Shown: one piece after another, positions 28,368 through 41,050 of the stretch
Layout: the number at the start of each line of letters is the position of its first letter
How positions within the stretch are numbered: position 1 is the first letter of the stretch
DNA from: the human T2T-CHM13v2.0 reference genome, Homo sapiens
Assembly: GCF_009914755.1 (NCBI RefSeq)
Contig: NC_060947.1
Strand: one strand, 5' to 3'
Length of the DNA: 64,000 bases
Made by a program: the position numbers and the translations under genes
The notes under the pieces: model-generated
Told to the model about the DNA's origin: nothing
The model's input: the letters and a program-made list of their open reading frames with translations, nothing else
Databases searched by the model: none

Positions 28368-29786
28368 TTTTCTCTAAAGCCACAACTCCAAATTCTTCTA
28401 AAATTGTTATTTCAGAAATCTAATTTAGCTGACATCCCAAACACTCAAATTTTACTATAAGATTTTTTTTTATGTTAGAAAAGTTCTAAGAAAATGACAA
28501 GTATCCGAAGAGAAGAGGAGAACAAGCCTGACAGGTTTTCATTTGAAAGAGTCATGGCATCTTTCAAGGAAATTGGAAGTGGAAGAGTCTTCAGTAACAG
28601 TAACTGTATTTGAATGAAAAAATTTGGCTTATATTTTGTATATGTTTCTTGTATTGAAAAGTATCCCATATTCACATCCAAGTAGTCACCACAAAGATAG
28701 TGAAAGCAGTACCACATAATGACTGGTGGGAGTCCTTGTTGCATCACTGGATCTACCTTTACGTTTTTAAGTATTCAGGGTATATTTAAGAATAAAATAA
28801 ATCAGAAAAATTGGTCTTTTGAAAATAAGGTTAGAATGAGAAAACCTGAGAACAGAAAGTACATTAAAAGATATTAAATTAATTAATTGTGTTTGTAAAC
28901 AGTGGTCTCAGTCCAAAATGTGGCAAGCACCCAAGACCGTTAAATCTATCCCCACCCTCCCCATCATCTCGTAACTCACAATCTAAAACAGACCATGCTA
29001 ATGGACATGCAGTGACATGGCCAGGAGTTAAGAACGGGCTCTGCAATTCAATGGGAGAACAGGTAGGCCACAAACCCGCCTGCCACCCTGGGCTGCTCAG
29101 GAGATTTTGAACCCTGATGTGATTGAGAGAGAAACGCTGGGAGCCACTGTTTCCCTCCCTCTTTCCTTTGGCTTTTCTTTCAGCAACTCTTCCCTTTTCC
29201 CCAGAGCAGGCCGGTCTGTGTCATTATCCTCAAGGAGTAGGGACAGAAGCAGGCACTCTAGTTTCTCACTTTCATACAGATGCAGATCCCACATCCACAC
29301 ACCAAGGCTGCTGAGCACTCCACACATCCTCATTTGGAGATTATAACTTCTAATTTTAGGCCCACGATTAACACATTTGTTAAACGGGTATTCTGGCTAA
29401 ATCAGAAGAGAGGTGGCAAATTAGGCAAGGCTGTTAGACGGTCATAAAGGAAGAAGTTAGCTAATGTCTGACATGAGAGAGAAGACAGTAAACATTTTTT
29501 TAACCCAAGATTAGGAAGGGCTTTGGCATTGAGGAGTGAAGAAACAAAAAGCCCAAGATGCTGAGGCTTCTGGAAGGACCACCAACACCCTCTCCAGAGT
29601 AATCCCCACACAGTATGAAACACACTGTTCATAACTGTGACTCACAGCCAGGGAAGCTCACTCACATTTTCTCACCTCTATCTCTGAAAACCCAAGAAAC
29701 TACGAATAATGTATTTTAGAAAGTGCCATACAAAATTGTTCTCAAAAACATTTAAGATTTTGATATCTACTGAGATACAATTAAGT

Positions 29787-29978
29787 CAGGGTTTCTCTGT
29801 CTCAGCACTATTGACATTTGAGGCTGGACAACTCCTTGTTGGGTTGTGTTGTGCTTTGTAGGATGTTCAGCAACATGTCAGGTCTCTACTTAATAGATGC
29901 CTGTGGCAACCCCTGCCAGTTATGATAACCAAAAGTGCCTCCAGACATTGCCCAGGGTCCTCTGGTTCAGAACCACTG
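29787..29978 (-). mobile_element. MER20 (hAT-Charlie)
   Basis: cagggtttct...cagcactattgacatttg...ctccagacattgcc...gaaccactg. Confidence 0.8.
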
Positions 29979-30473
29979 GTCGATTTTACCTAGAATATGG
30001 ATACCGAGGGACATATTGCCAGATGACATTATATAGAGGAAGTATTCCTATACCTTTTGTATCATTAGAGAGTTTGGCTGAAATGAACACTGGGTGGTAA
30101 AACAAAGGACTGCTCTGAAAACTTGTACTAGATTACCTCAGAGTCAGCTGAGGTGAAGTATTGTATTGCACTTTCTGAATCTACTTTGCTGCTGAATCCT
30201 ACATTTTGTAGGGGCTGCTTGAGTAGTAAGTGGTTCACCGTGTAAATTAATCAGTGTTTGCCAAACCCAGCTGATATTGGAACCACCCCCAAAGCTTTTT
30301 CAAAGGATTGATTCCAAGTCTGGTCCTTAGAGATTCTCGTTTAGTAAGAATTCAGTGAAACTGGAAAGCTAATTTTTAGTCTCGTCTCTCCCTCTGACCT
30401 CAATCATCAACTAATAAAGGGTTAAGTTTGGAAAGTCCTAGCGTAACCTAGGGAAAAATACACAGGCAGCCAG

Positions 30474-31150
30474 ATTCATGTTCTCATAAATATTTATTGT
30501 ATGCCTACCCTGTGCCAGGACCTGCTCTAAGGCAGTGGAAAGACAGTGGGAAAGGATCATTGGGTCCTTGCCCTGAATAAACTTACACACTAGTCAGAGG
30601 AGACAGACAAACAATGAATATATAATATAATACCAAGTGGTGATGTGAACAATGAGGGAAGTGGCTAGTGTGATATGATCCAGGGTAACTGAGTGGGCTC
30701 AGAAACACTTCAGAGAAAGCAGTCAGGAAAGGCGACATTTTTCCTGCAATTTGAAGGATGTAAAAAAAAAAAGCCTATCACACAGAGGACATTCCAGGCA
30801 GAAGGGACAGCAAGTACAAAGGCTTGGGGCAGAAAAGAACTGGTCGCATTTGAGGAACAGAAAGGGCACAGATGTGGCCAGGCAATGATAAGCTTGTGGA
30901 GTGGGGTGTGGTATGAGGCAGAGAAGACCATGTAAGGAGCACTTGGAAGGTCAAGGTCATGGATGAAGCTATTATTCTAAGTGGAATGGAAACCAACCAA
31001 AGAGCTTAAGCACTGAAATGTCACTATTTCATTACCTTTTAAAAAGATTGCACTGGCCATAGGGACAGCCAACCACTCACTGAGATGGGAAAGTCTGAGA
31101 ATGAAACAGGTGACAGGGAAGTGAGGAATCAAGAACCCAATGAAGACTTT
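30474..31150 (-). mobile_element. L2 LINE 3' region
   Basis: aaatatttattgtatgcctaccctgtgccagg...cattccaggcagaagggacagcaagtacaaagg. Confidence 0.75.
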
Positions 31151-34100
31151 GTATGACTGGACAATAATTTCACAACCAAGTTGAGAGTCATGTGTGTGTG
31201 GTCCAGGGTTATCACAATGTGGGAACAGGAAAAGTAAATAATAAAAGTTCATCACCAGAAAGGACTAGGCAAAGGGTGGTAATTGTTTTCAAATGATTGG
31301 CAGAGATGTCTGCTATGCAACATCCAACAGGAATCTGATTTTTTATCAATTAGTAGTGGTACTTAATGAGTGGTTTGAAGGAGGGGAGATGTAGCTTCCT
31401 AAGATGATGGGGCTTCCACACCAAAGAGGCCTCATCCAGGAAAATTTCTGCATGCAGCAGAAAAGTAAGCATGCCAGGTTGGGGGTGGGAGTAGAAAAGG
31501 TATCTACAATTAGTAGAGGTGTCAATTAAGAGGATTCAATAATCTCTCACATATTTGTAAGTTGAAAAAATTTTGCTTTTATGAGGAGACAAATGACAAC
31601 CAGAGTAATATAAAAATGGTTTTATAAAAGTAAGTTCTGGGCCATGCCACAGGTCAGTATAAGTTCTGCTGAGTTTCCTAAGATGTCTACACTGTTAGCA
31701 CCGATGGATGATAACTGATTCATATCAGCATAGGCCTGCAACGGCGCCCAGTTCTGGGCATCTTCAGAATTACCAGAGAGTATCCTGTATTCAATACCAC
31801 TCAATTATTAAGCAAACTTAATGACTTCAAAGTCTTTGAAAATTGAATGTTCATAGAGAACAAACGTGGAAACTTTCATAGTTTCCATTCTATGTGAAAA
31901 CAGGTTCTCTGTCAGGGTAAGCAGCTTGGCACTTCTGGTGAGTTCCTTAGGAAGGGGTTAACTGGAGCAAGGGCAGAGTCAGCATCTGATTACAAGGCTG
32001 TGGTCAAAAGCACAGATGGTGCAGTGACCACACCAAACAGGAAGTGACATCAGCAGCAGAGGAGCTCAGACTAGACCAGTACAAGGAAGGAGAATGAGCA
32101 GCTTAGGACCTCAAAAACTAGGTCTCAACTACTAGATTCATGAAGTCATTCAACACATTTCTACTGAGCACCTACTGTGCTTCCAGCACTCTGCTAGGTG
32201 TCCAGGTGACAGCAGGGACAAGACACACATAGTACTACTCCCAGCAAGTTTTCAACCTGCCAGCGAGAGAGAAATGAATGATGTCAGTCCAGGGATTCCT
32301 GATGGTGACTGTATAATGGACACTGATTTGCTTTTCTCTGCCCCACTTGAGGGTAAAGACAGGTTGGGGCACCAGGAGAGAAGAGCTTGAGCCTCCTAAG
32401 GTCCCCAGTAAGTCACAAGGCCAAGCTTTTAATCCAGATTTTTTTTAGTGTCTTTCAGAAAGACATAAAGATATTGCATTGAACTTAATGGATACTTAAA
32501 TTTTTAGTTTTTGTCTACACTAGTCAAATTTAAAAGCTATTTGGCCATGCAATTTGACAATACAGATAGTCACATTAAGTCACTGAAGGTCCAACATTTG
32601 GTTGTTGGTTTATTACTGTGGCAAAGTGGATCGCAGAGGGATGATTAGGTTCGACTATCCTCATTGTCTAAATGACTCAGAAGAGCACTGCAGGATCAGG
32701 GCACCTGGATAAAGCTCTCAGTTCTGTCAGCAGCGACACATGTGCTGCCTTGAATTCTACTGTTCTGAGCTTAGATTTCTTCAATCAGGAAACAGAAAAC
32801 CTGCATAAGGCAGCAATTGGATTTCAGACTGAAATTGACCTAGACTGTGTTCAAATATTTTGCAATCTGTATAAGACAGTAACAAGGAGGGAAATATCAT
32901 TATGACTATTTGCTTATTATATAAACTTCAAGAGCTTCTCTAGAAATGCTGCCAGAAAATCATTGATTCATTCATGTCATCCTCATCCTTCATACTCTAT
33001 CACCTCTTTATCCCATCCAAACTAAGTCTGACAGGTTCTATGTTCTAAGCATCTCTCCAATATGCCAACTGCTCTCAACCTCCTACCCAGCTGCCACCCT
33101 AGCATCAGTCATCTTCTCGAATCTCTCCCAGGCCCAAATACCAGGATGCACTCTAGCTCCTCCTCATCCTCACTCCATACTGGGATCATTTCAAAATGTA
33201 AATCTGATTCAGTCACCAAAAGGCATCAAGGACAACACCCAGCTGGAAGGACGGAGTCACCATAATCTGAACGTGGGAAAACTGTAGGAGGAAATTTTTT
33301 GAGGAGAACATTAGCTGCTAACACACATTATTTTCTGTGTGTGATGATAAAGCAAGAAGACAGTTGTATTATACTTTGAAAATGTCTGTTTATGTAAATG
33401 GAGGATGTTCTTGTCTAGTTAATTGCATTTTGCTCTCTGTGACCATTATGACCATTTAAAAAGATGAGTGAGATGTCCATAGCAACTCCTAACATTTTCA
33501 CTATCTAACTGTCTCTTTGGAAAATTGACCAAATACCTGGAACACAACAGGCATTCAACAAATGTTTATTGAATGAATCAAATGTGAGCCACTGACCTCT
33601 TATATGCAGTCTCACCTTGGACAAACGAAAAAGCACTGAAGGAAGAGCATTACATACTTATCCCCGAATTATATTTCAGAGGAGGCAGGAGGTATTAAGG
33701 ACACATGGAGGGTCATTCATGTCAAGGAAGACAGACCCAAAAAAAACCCAAGATCACAGGAAAATGCACAGTGGGACAAAACCCTGTTGAGCAAAGTAAG
33801 TGGAATATTTGTGCTAAACGGCAAAACAAGCTCTGGAATTATCAAAACCCAAATGAGGGAAGTAAACAAAAGTGCAGCGTTAGAATAGATATTATACCAC
33901 CAAGGGTTATACTAATATGAAAAACAATGGGTCGCACTTAATAAAGAACATTCTCTGGACACGTGACTGATTCAGAGCTGCTGCTTTCTCATCCTAAAGT
34001 ATGCATAGGAAACTTCAGAGAGCCCGGGTGACTTATTCCAACCTGGAATCCCAACAAATTCCCTCTGGAATCTTCCTTTTTATAGTCTTAAACCAGAATA

Positions 34101-36051
34101 TACATACATGATAATCTGTACTAGAATAAAGGGCTATTTCATCAGCAGTCTTCAGAGCCCCAAGAGGGGACATTAGCATCGGCTTGACTCTTCAGTTTAT
34201 GATTTTAGAAGAATCAGACAGCCTAATTAAATGACAATTTTAAAATATTTTTGTAATATATTTACATAATTGAGGCAATAACCATTCATTGAATGAATAG
34301 ATTTTTTTAAAATTAAGGAGCCCGTTCTCACCTTTCCTCCCCCACCCGCACTCTTGCAAATGGCAAAGACCTCAGATCATGAATCAAAGGGTACCAGCAC
34401 ACAGTTCAAAAAGGTGGTGGGGTGGAGATGTTGAATGGGCACAATGAGCACAGACTCTACTTCCTTCAGTGTAAAGCAACCTCTGTTGAAAAGTGGTTAC
34501 CCTTTAAACTACTTTAAAAGGCAAATCACTGAGCCACCGGTGTCTCCAAGACAGATGAACGAGCATTAGTAACTTACAAGTATCTCATTTGGTGTTTCAA
34601 GACAAGTAACTATAGAAAAACCAGAGAAAGAGCTGTTACAGGTTCCTGGAACGTTTGCCTGGGAAGGTATCTTAACAATTTCCTAATTCAGGTCTTCATT
34701 TTTCCAGTGGAGGAAAGCGAAGTGTACGAGGTGTGCAATTTGCCCAATGGCCCTGCAATTAATCCAGGAGCCCCGAGGTGACACCAGGAACCAACTGGAG
34801 CAGCTCCGGGATGCCTGAGTCCACCACCCCTGTCCACCTCTACTCCTTTCTTCAAAAAAACAATTTTTTTTTTTTTTATGTTGGGGACTGGATTTTGGAA
34901 GACACGAATTCCAGACAGTTAACTGTCTTTGCCTGATTATAAATATTAATGATTCTTGTCAACTCTCTGCCTGCTTCTCTCCAATTTTTAAAGTTGGCAG
35001 TCAGAACGTCCAGTCTCAACAGTGCAAATCAATTCAAGGAAAACTCAGTAAATTAGCAGATGACAGAACAACTGCAGTGTCTCATCTCAAAACGACACAT
35101 CTCACACGTGGAAAATCAATGTCTGAAGACTGGAATAAGGTAAACCTTCTCCCTGCCCCCTTCCTGGAGGGGGCATTTGAAATCTTCAGAAGTAGTAGTC
35201 ATTCCTCAGAAACAACTTTCCTTTTTTCCTTCTTTCCTTTCTTTTCTCTCTCTCAAAGAATATACTCATCTAGTATCTGGATTTGGTCGGTCGTTAACCT
35301 TAAAATCTTGACTCCTTCTTCAAAGAAGGCAAATCCCATGAGCTTTCTCTCTGTTGTGTTTCCTGCAGTACCTGCAGCACCTAGCGCAGTCCCTGGCACA
35401 CAGTAGGTCCCCAGTAAATCTTTGTATCAACAGGGAGAACAGAAGCCACCATAAGGGAGGGGGAAGGTACGACAGAAGAGCCCCTGGTATTCTCTTGTAT
35501 TAGCGTGCAACATTAATGATAATGTGCAACATTCTGTCCCGCCACAAAGTAGGAGGGAAATGCACTCCCTTTCTAAGGAGTGAAACGGCTGCACCCCAAC
35601 GCTCCCGGCAGCATTTCTTCAGCAAATCCACTCGCCGCACACTGAGATCATGAAGCGGCCCTGCCTCCTGTCCAGTCTTATTCTCGTCCTTTCAACATAT
35701 CTGACTGAAGGCTGAATGAGCGACCTAGGCCTAACCCCAGGAACCCCATTTGTCAGCCTTTGTCAGCGAGGTGGTGGCGGAGTCCAGCCCCGTCCCAGAT
35801 GCAGTGACCACAGCGTTGGGGCAAAGAAACACTGAATTCAGGGTTGGGGCTCCCCTGTACCTTCTAAAAGATTTCGGGAAGCGCCACTGAGTTAGTGAGC
35901 AGGTGGCACTTCGGGGTGACGTACCCGGCCACCCGCCACCCCCTCAGCCGTGGACCTGTGGGGAGCCCCGACTACCATCGCCCCTCGCAGTCCCCACCCG
36001 GAGCGGCCCAGTGGCGCCCCCTGTGTCCTCTGCACGCGTCAGGACACTCAC

Positions 36052-36099
36052 CGCGTAGTGCAGCTGGGGCTTCTCGCCGCGGTACACCGGGTGCCCCAT
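36052..36099 (-). CDS. Putative coding part of first exon, MGHPVYRGEKPQLHYA (16 codons, phase-0 intron follows)
   Basis: GGCGAC-ATG-G strong Kozak at 36099; 16 open codons; GCG|GTGAGT consensus donor. Gene not firmly recognised; an alternative N-terminus of FRMD4B is an unverified guess. Could instead be a uORF. Confidence 0.5.
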
Positions 36100-36319
36100 G
36101 TCGCCTCCGGGAGGAGTGGCGCGCCTTGGGCTCAGCCTGGGGTCACGGTGTCTCTCTGAGTTCCCCGCACTTCACTGCCATCCTGGGGCAGCCCCTGGGC
36201 GCGAGCCCTGCTCCGTGCGTGCCGAGTGCTGTGCAAAGCGCCCCTGGCACAGCGTCCCGCTGCCGCTGCGGAGCCGGTGGGGACCTGGAGAAGGCAGCGG
36301 CGCGAAGGGGGAGGGGGAA

Positions 36320-36370
36320 GAGGAGGAGGAGGAGGAGGAGGAGGAGGAGGAGGAGGAGGAGGAGGAGGAG
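36320..36370. repeat. (GAG)17 trinucleotide repeat inside the CpG island
   Basis: 51 uninterrupted bases, embedded in a longer purine tract from ~36304. Confidence 0.97.
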
Positions 36371-37399
36371 GGAGCGGCCGAGTCTGATGCGATGGGCGGG
36401 CGTTTAATTCCTTCCGCTCCTGGCGGGTCCCTCCGGCGGCCGCCGCCGCTGACAGCTGTTGGGGGCTGCGGAGGCCGAACGCGCCCACGACAGGTGTCAG
36501 GCTGGCCGGCACGCCTGCCTCCTGCCACCCCACCCTCCCCGGACCCGTGGGACCCCGGCTGCTGAGGCGGGGACTGCCAAAGCCTTTAATGCCAGCGAGA
36601 AGGCGAACTTGGGTTTCCAAGAAAGAGAGACTTTCACTAACTTTGAAGGAGGTGTGGGCCTGACAGTGGAAGGAGATTCAGAGCCTTCTCCTGGGAGGGC
36701 AGAGTTTCCCTTTCTAGAAAGCCTTCTTCTGTGAGAGTCTCAAATTGTGGGGACCCTTGGGGAGGGCAGGACTGAGAGGAACCAAGTCATGCTACCCAGG
36801 AGAACTGCTGCGGGGACAAGGCTGCCCAGGATGCTGGTCACTTAGGGTGACCCGAGTTCCAGGGGGGCTTGCAGGGCACATTCTGTAGGTTCACAATAAC
36901 CCTTAAAACTGGCCTCTGCTCTGAAATCCCCTCATGGAAACCTGCACTTTAAAACACCTTGGAGAAGATCAGCGAGTTCCCTCCACAGCCTTGTCCTTCT
37001 GTAATTTACGTCCAGCCTCCCACAAGTTGAGCCCAGAGGAAGGCCAGGCCTGGGGCCAGAGTAGAGACTCCAGACTCATGAATCAATCAATGCAAGCCCC
37101 AGAGGGGTGGCTACAAAGTGGAAGATGTGCTTGGGGGTAGCTTGTGCCAGTTTGTCAGGGTCCCACTGTACTGAACCGGCTGAATGACTCTCCACTTGCT
37201 CTGTGTAAGAGGAGAGGGGAGGAGAGGGGAGGAAAGTTGGATGTGGCCCCGGAATTTCAGCCCTTACAATTTAGTTGAATGAACCATCCACTGGCATGTA
37301 ATATTTTAAAACAATCACAGCATAATTATAATTAGCAGTGGGAATGTGAAGCCAGGGGTGCAAGTGGCCTGAGGAATCTACCATTAGATAGTCCCATGA

Positions 37400-38040
37400 C
37401 AGTTTATCCACCTGGAAAACTGGATGGTTATATCTGCTAAAGTCAATCATAGGCCTACCTTCCAATCCAGCAAATTCCACCCCTAGATATACAGAGTACA
37501 ATAATCTCATCATATACCAGAATGCTCATACTGTGTTGAGGCATAATTGCCCCAAATAAAAGCGATCCAAATGTACACCAACTGATGCATGACAAACCAA
37601 CTGTAGTCTGTGCACATGATGGAATACTATTCAGCAATAAAAAGGAAAATGCTACTGATGCACAGAACAAATGGATTAATCTCACAAACATTATGTTGGG
37701 AGAAAGAAATCAGACACAAGTGTACATACTGTAAGATTTCACTTATTTATTCTGCAACTGAAATTCAAATGTTTAAGTGCAATAGGCAAATGGAATCCAT
37801 GGTAATAGGTGTCATAACAGTGGTTACCAAAGTGGGAAGGTGGTATTGACTAGGAAGGTGGTACAAGGGAACCTTCTAGGGTGCTGGAAATGATCTATAT
37901 CTTGATCTGTATGGCAGCTACTAGAGTACACCCATATGTAAACATTCACTGTGCAGTACAGTTCAGACTAGTGTAATTTACACCCTTCACTACATGTATT
38001 TTATACTGCAAAAATAAAAAATAAAAATAAAAATAAATTT
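37400..38040 (+). mobile_element. Old L1M (L1ME/MC-like) 3' region
   Basis: atccagcaaattccaccccta...atggaatactattcagcaataaaaagg...gggtgctggaaatgatctatatcttgatctg, A-rich tail. Confidence 0.75.
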
Positions 38041-39239
38041 AAAATCAATCCCTTGCCAAACCCAGGAACTTCCAAACAGTGTTGCCTGTCTTATGAGAAA
38101 GTCAATTGAACTATTTGCCCAAGTCTTTCATTCTCCCACAGCCTGATCTACCCAAGTCTCCTTTCTTCTGCTTTGTAGGAGAAATGAGCATGCCCATTGA
38201 CCTTGGAGGCCTTCCTTGCTCTGTGACATGTCCAGGCAGAGCTCGAAAAATGACACACTAAAGTTCCCTCTTTACTCTCACTCTGTTCTGCTGCTAAAAG
38301 CAACCTTTAGAGCAAAGTCATCAAAGATCCTCAGAATAAGACAGAGAACCAGCTTGAGCTTCACCATCTGGCATCTTTCAGAGAATTGCAGCCAGGGCAG
38401 CCTGATGGGGGCACGTGTGTACAGATGTAATTCAATGGCCTAGACAAGCCCCAGTTTAGGGACTTTCACTTCACTGTGGTCTATTCATAAAGGTGAACAC
38501 TCCAGCCTTAGGACTTTTTCTTCCATCACGCTTGCCTTTAAGCCCCTGAAGCTAAAAATCCCTTTCCCTACAAATACTATTTAATTATGAATATATTTAA
38601 ACAACACAAGGTGGATCCCTGGGTCTTAAAACCTTAACCATAGCCTTTTGATCATTACCCCTGAGTAAGTCACCTCTTAAAACTGGGTCATCCTGGATTT
38701 GGTTTGTATTCTTTCTTTCAAAAATGTAGTAAGTCACTAAATGACATTCTTGTAAGCCAAAAATACTCCATCAGCCCCACACTGTGTACTTACATTTTAG
38801 GAATGACTTCTGCCTTCTAGCATTATTTATTGCTAAAGTGTCATAGCTAAGTTGGAGTAAAATGTTCAAGTGCAATAGGATTGTTTTTTCTCTGTGTTTG
38901 AAGAGTTTGTGAGATTGGGCAAAGCACCTAAAGAAATGATCAGTTCATGCTGCAAGACTCTTAAATCACCTTGGAATGAATCATCCACCTCCTTCAATTC
39001 TTAGTCCAATTGTGTAAGGCTCAAAGCTCCAGAAAGGATCTAGAAGATCATGCAGAACTCTAAGAAGTCTGTTCAATCTTAAACAATTTGAATTTCACAC
39101 ATTATTCATTATTTCATTTAAATATATTTCAGGGTATATTTAAAACACCACTCTAATCAAAATTTCTTATTTGCATATCTCTACTTCCAAGTATCCTTCC
39201 CATGTTATTTGTTCACTTGGTCATTATTCAACAAATATT

Positions 39240-39436
39240 ATTTTAAATTTTAAATTTTAATTTGTATAAATGTATGGGGTAACAGTGTAATTTCATTACA
39301 TGGATAGATTGTGTGGTGATGAAGTCAGGGCTTTTAGGGTATCCATCACCAGAAGAATGTACATTGTGCCCATTAAGTAATTCACCATCATCCACCCCAC
39401 TGCCCTTCTGAGTGTCCATTGTCTATCATTCCACAC
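39240..39436 (-). mobile_element. L1MA/PB 3' end inserted in an L2 fragment
   Basis: tacatggatagattgtgtggtgatgaagtcagggcttttagggtatccatcacc; L2 remnants on both sides. Confidence 0.7.
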
Positions 39437-40199
39437 TTTATAAATATTTTTAAGTGCATACTATGCACAGGTATTGTTCTAGGTCAACTAAACTGTATAT
39501 TGACATGGCATGTGGTTTTAAAATGCACATTTGATCCTTTGGGGTAATGGAGAGAGATAAAAAGGCAGCAAGAAGCACATAAAACCTCACTTCAGAGGAG
39601 GCTGAAGTTCATCCAATTTGTTGGTTAAGAGCCTGCTAGGCTAATGTTCTTTTTTGTTTGTTTTTCTTTTTTAAAAAATAATAAATTTATCTGATGTTTA
39701 TCATTCACCCCAGAGAGGACTTAAAAATAATCTGTATGAGTTACTCTACTAGCATCACCTTTAAGAGAAAACGTGCCCTGCTAACTGTGGAATTTCCATG
39801 TCTTCCTGTCCCTAAACATTACAGCATTTCCAGAACTGAATGCTGCCCTTTCTGCCAGAGCATTTAAATTAAAATACTTGTTTGCATTTATTCTGCCTGC
39901 CTATAGGCTGAGTTAAAATTTTCCACAGTTAATGCCAATGCAAGGGTGATTACTTTTTTCAGAAAAACTTTACCCAAATCTGTGGAAGCAAATTCAACTT
40001 CAGAGTGTAGGAAGAGCTGAGGGCCCATCTGAGTACTAAAAATCACTTCAGATGGCAGGACAGGCCCTTCTTGAAGGCCCAGCCCCACCATTGTTAACAG
40101 AGTTACTATGAGACCCTCTAAGATGGGGAATCCCCTCCCCCAAACCCAGTGCCCACACTATGCCATCCTATTGTCCTGTTAATCTAGCCCCTGGAGTAT

Positions 40200-41050
40200 T
40201 TTTAACATTTTGAAATGGAAAAATCAATAGCATATAATGTGCAGCTTAATGAATTGTTACAAAACATTCACCTGTCTAACCTTCACTGAGGTCAAAAATT
40301 AAAATATTGCTAGTACCCTAGACCCCCATGTCCCTTGGCTGTATTTCCCTCCTCCATCCCAGTGGTAGACACTGTCATGACTTCACTTCTTCACTTCCCT
40401 TTTACAGCAGGGTTTCTCAACCCCAGCACTCTTGACATTTGGGAACCAATCATTCTTTATGGTAGAGGCTGGACATTGCAGAATGTTTTGCATCATCCCC
40501 AGCCTCTACCCACTACATGCCAGTATTATTCCCCCTACGCCAATTGTGGCAACCAAAGATGACTCTAGATATTGCAGATGTCCCCCAGGGAGTGGGGAAA
40601 GGCATAATCACCCCTGGTTGAAATCCACTGCCTTTTAGGAAGTCAGGCATCCATAAATATTAGAGCTTAGTGTTGCCTGTTTCCTAACTTTATGTAAACA
40701 GATTCATAAGTATGTTTTTATTATAGCTGACTTCTTTTGCTCAACATTCCGTTTCTGAGGTTCATCCATGTTTGCTGTATGTAGCTGTTGTTTGTTCATT
40801 CCAATTGCTGTCTAGTACTCCATTATATGTGTTTATTACTATTTATCTTTGTAACTGTTGATGGACATTTATGTCCTTTTCAATCTTGGACCACTGAAAA
40901 CCACACTGCTTGAACATCATTATACATATCTCCTTGTGCATATGTGCATGCATTTTTATAGGGTCCAAACCCAGGAATATAATTGCTGGGTCATAGGCAT
41001 GCATATCTTCAACTTTACTAGACAATGCCTAACAGTTTTCCAAACTGTAT
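40200..41050 (-). mobile_element. L1ME-type fragment interrupted by MER20
   Basis: gacttcttttgctcaacatt...ttcatccatg...aattgctgggtcatagg. Confidence 0.7.
40408..40630 (-). mobile_element. MER20 (hAT-Charlie)
   Basis: cagggtttctcaaccccagcactcttgacatttgg...cctctacccacta...ggttgaaatccactg. Confidence 0.8.

Larger units (their letters stand above)
35580..36600 (-). promoter_or_regulatory. CpG island promoter / first exon of a minus-strand gene
   Basis: Sharp rise in GC and CpG content; GC boxes (gggcgg at ~36394); 5' splice donor at 36051 on the minus strand. Confidence 0.85.

Noticed and set aside
29097-29346. Overlapping ORFs including an SRSRDRSR stretch, suggesting an SR-protein retrocopy
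   Set aside because: Too short, no RRM, no poly(A) tail or TSD.
35895-36620. Long ORFs with poly-E, poly-R, poly-P and poly-S runs
   Set aside because: Artefacts of the GC-rich island and the (GAG)17 repeat being open in several frames; no recognisable domain.
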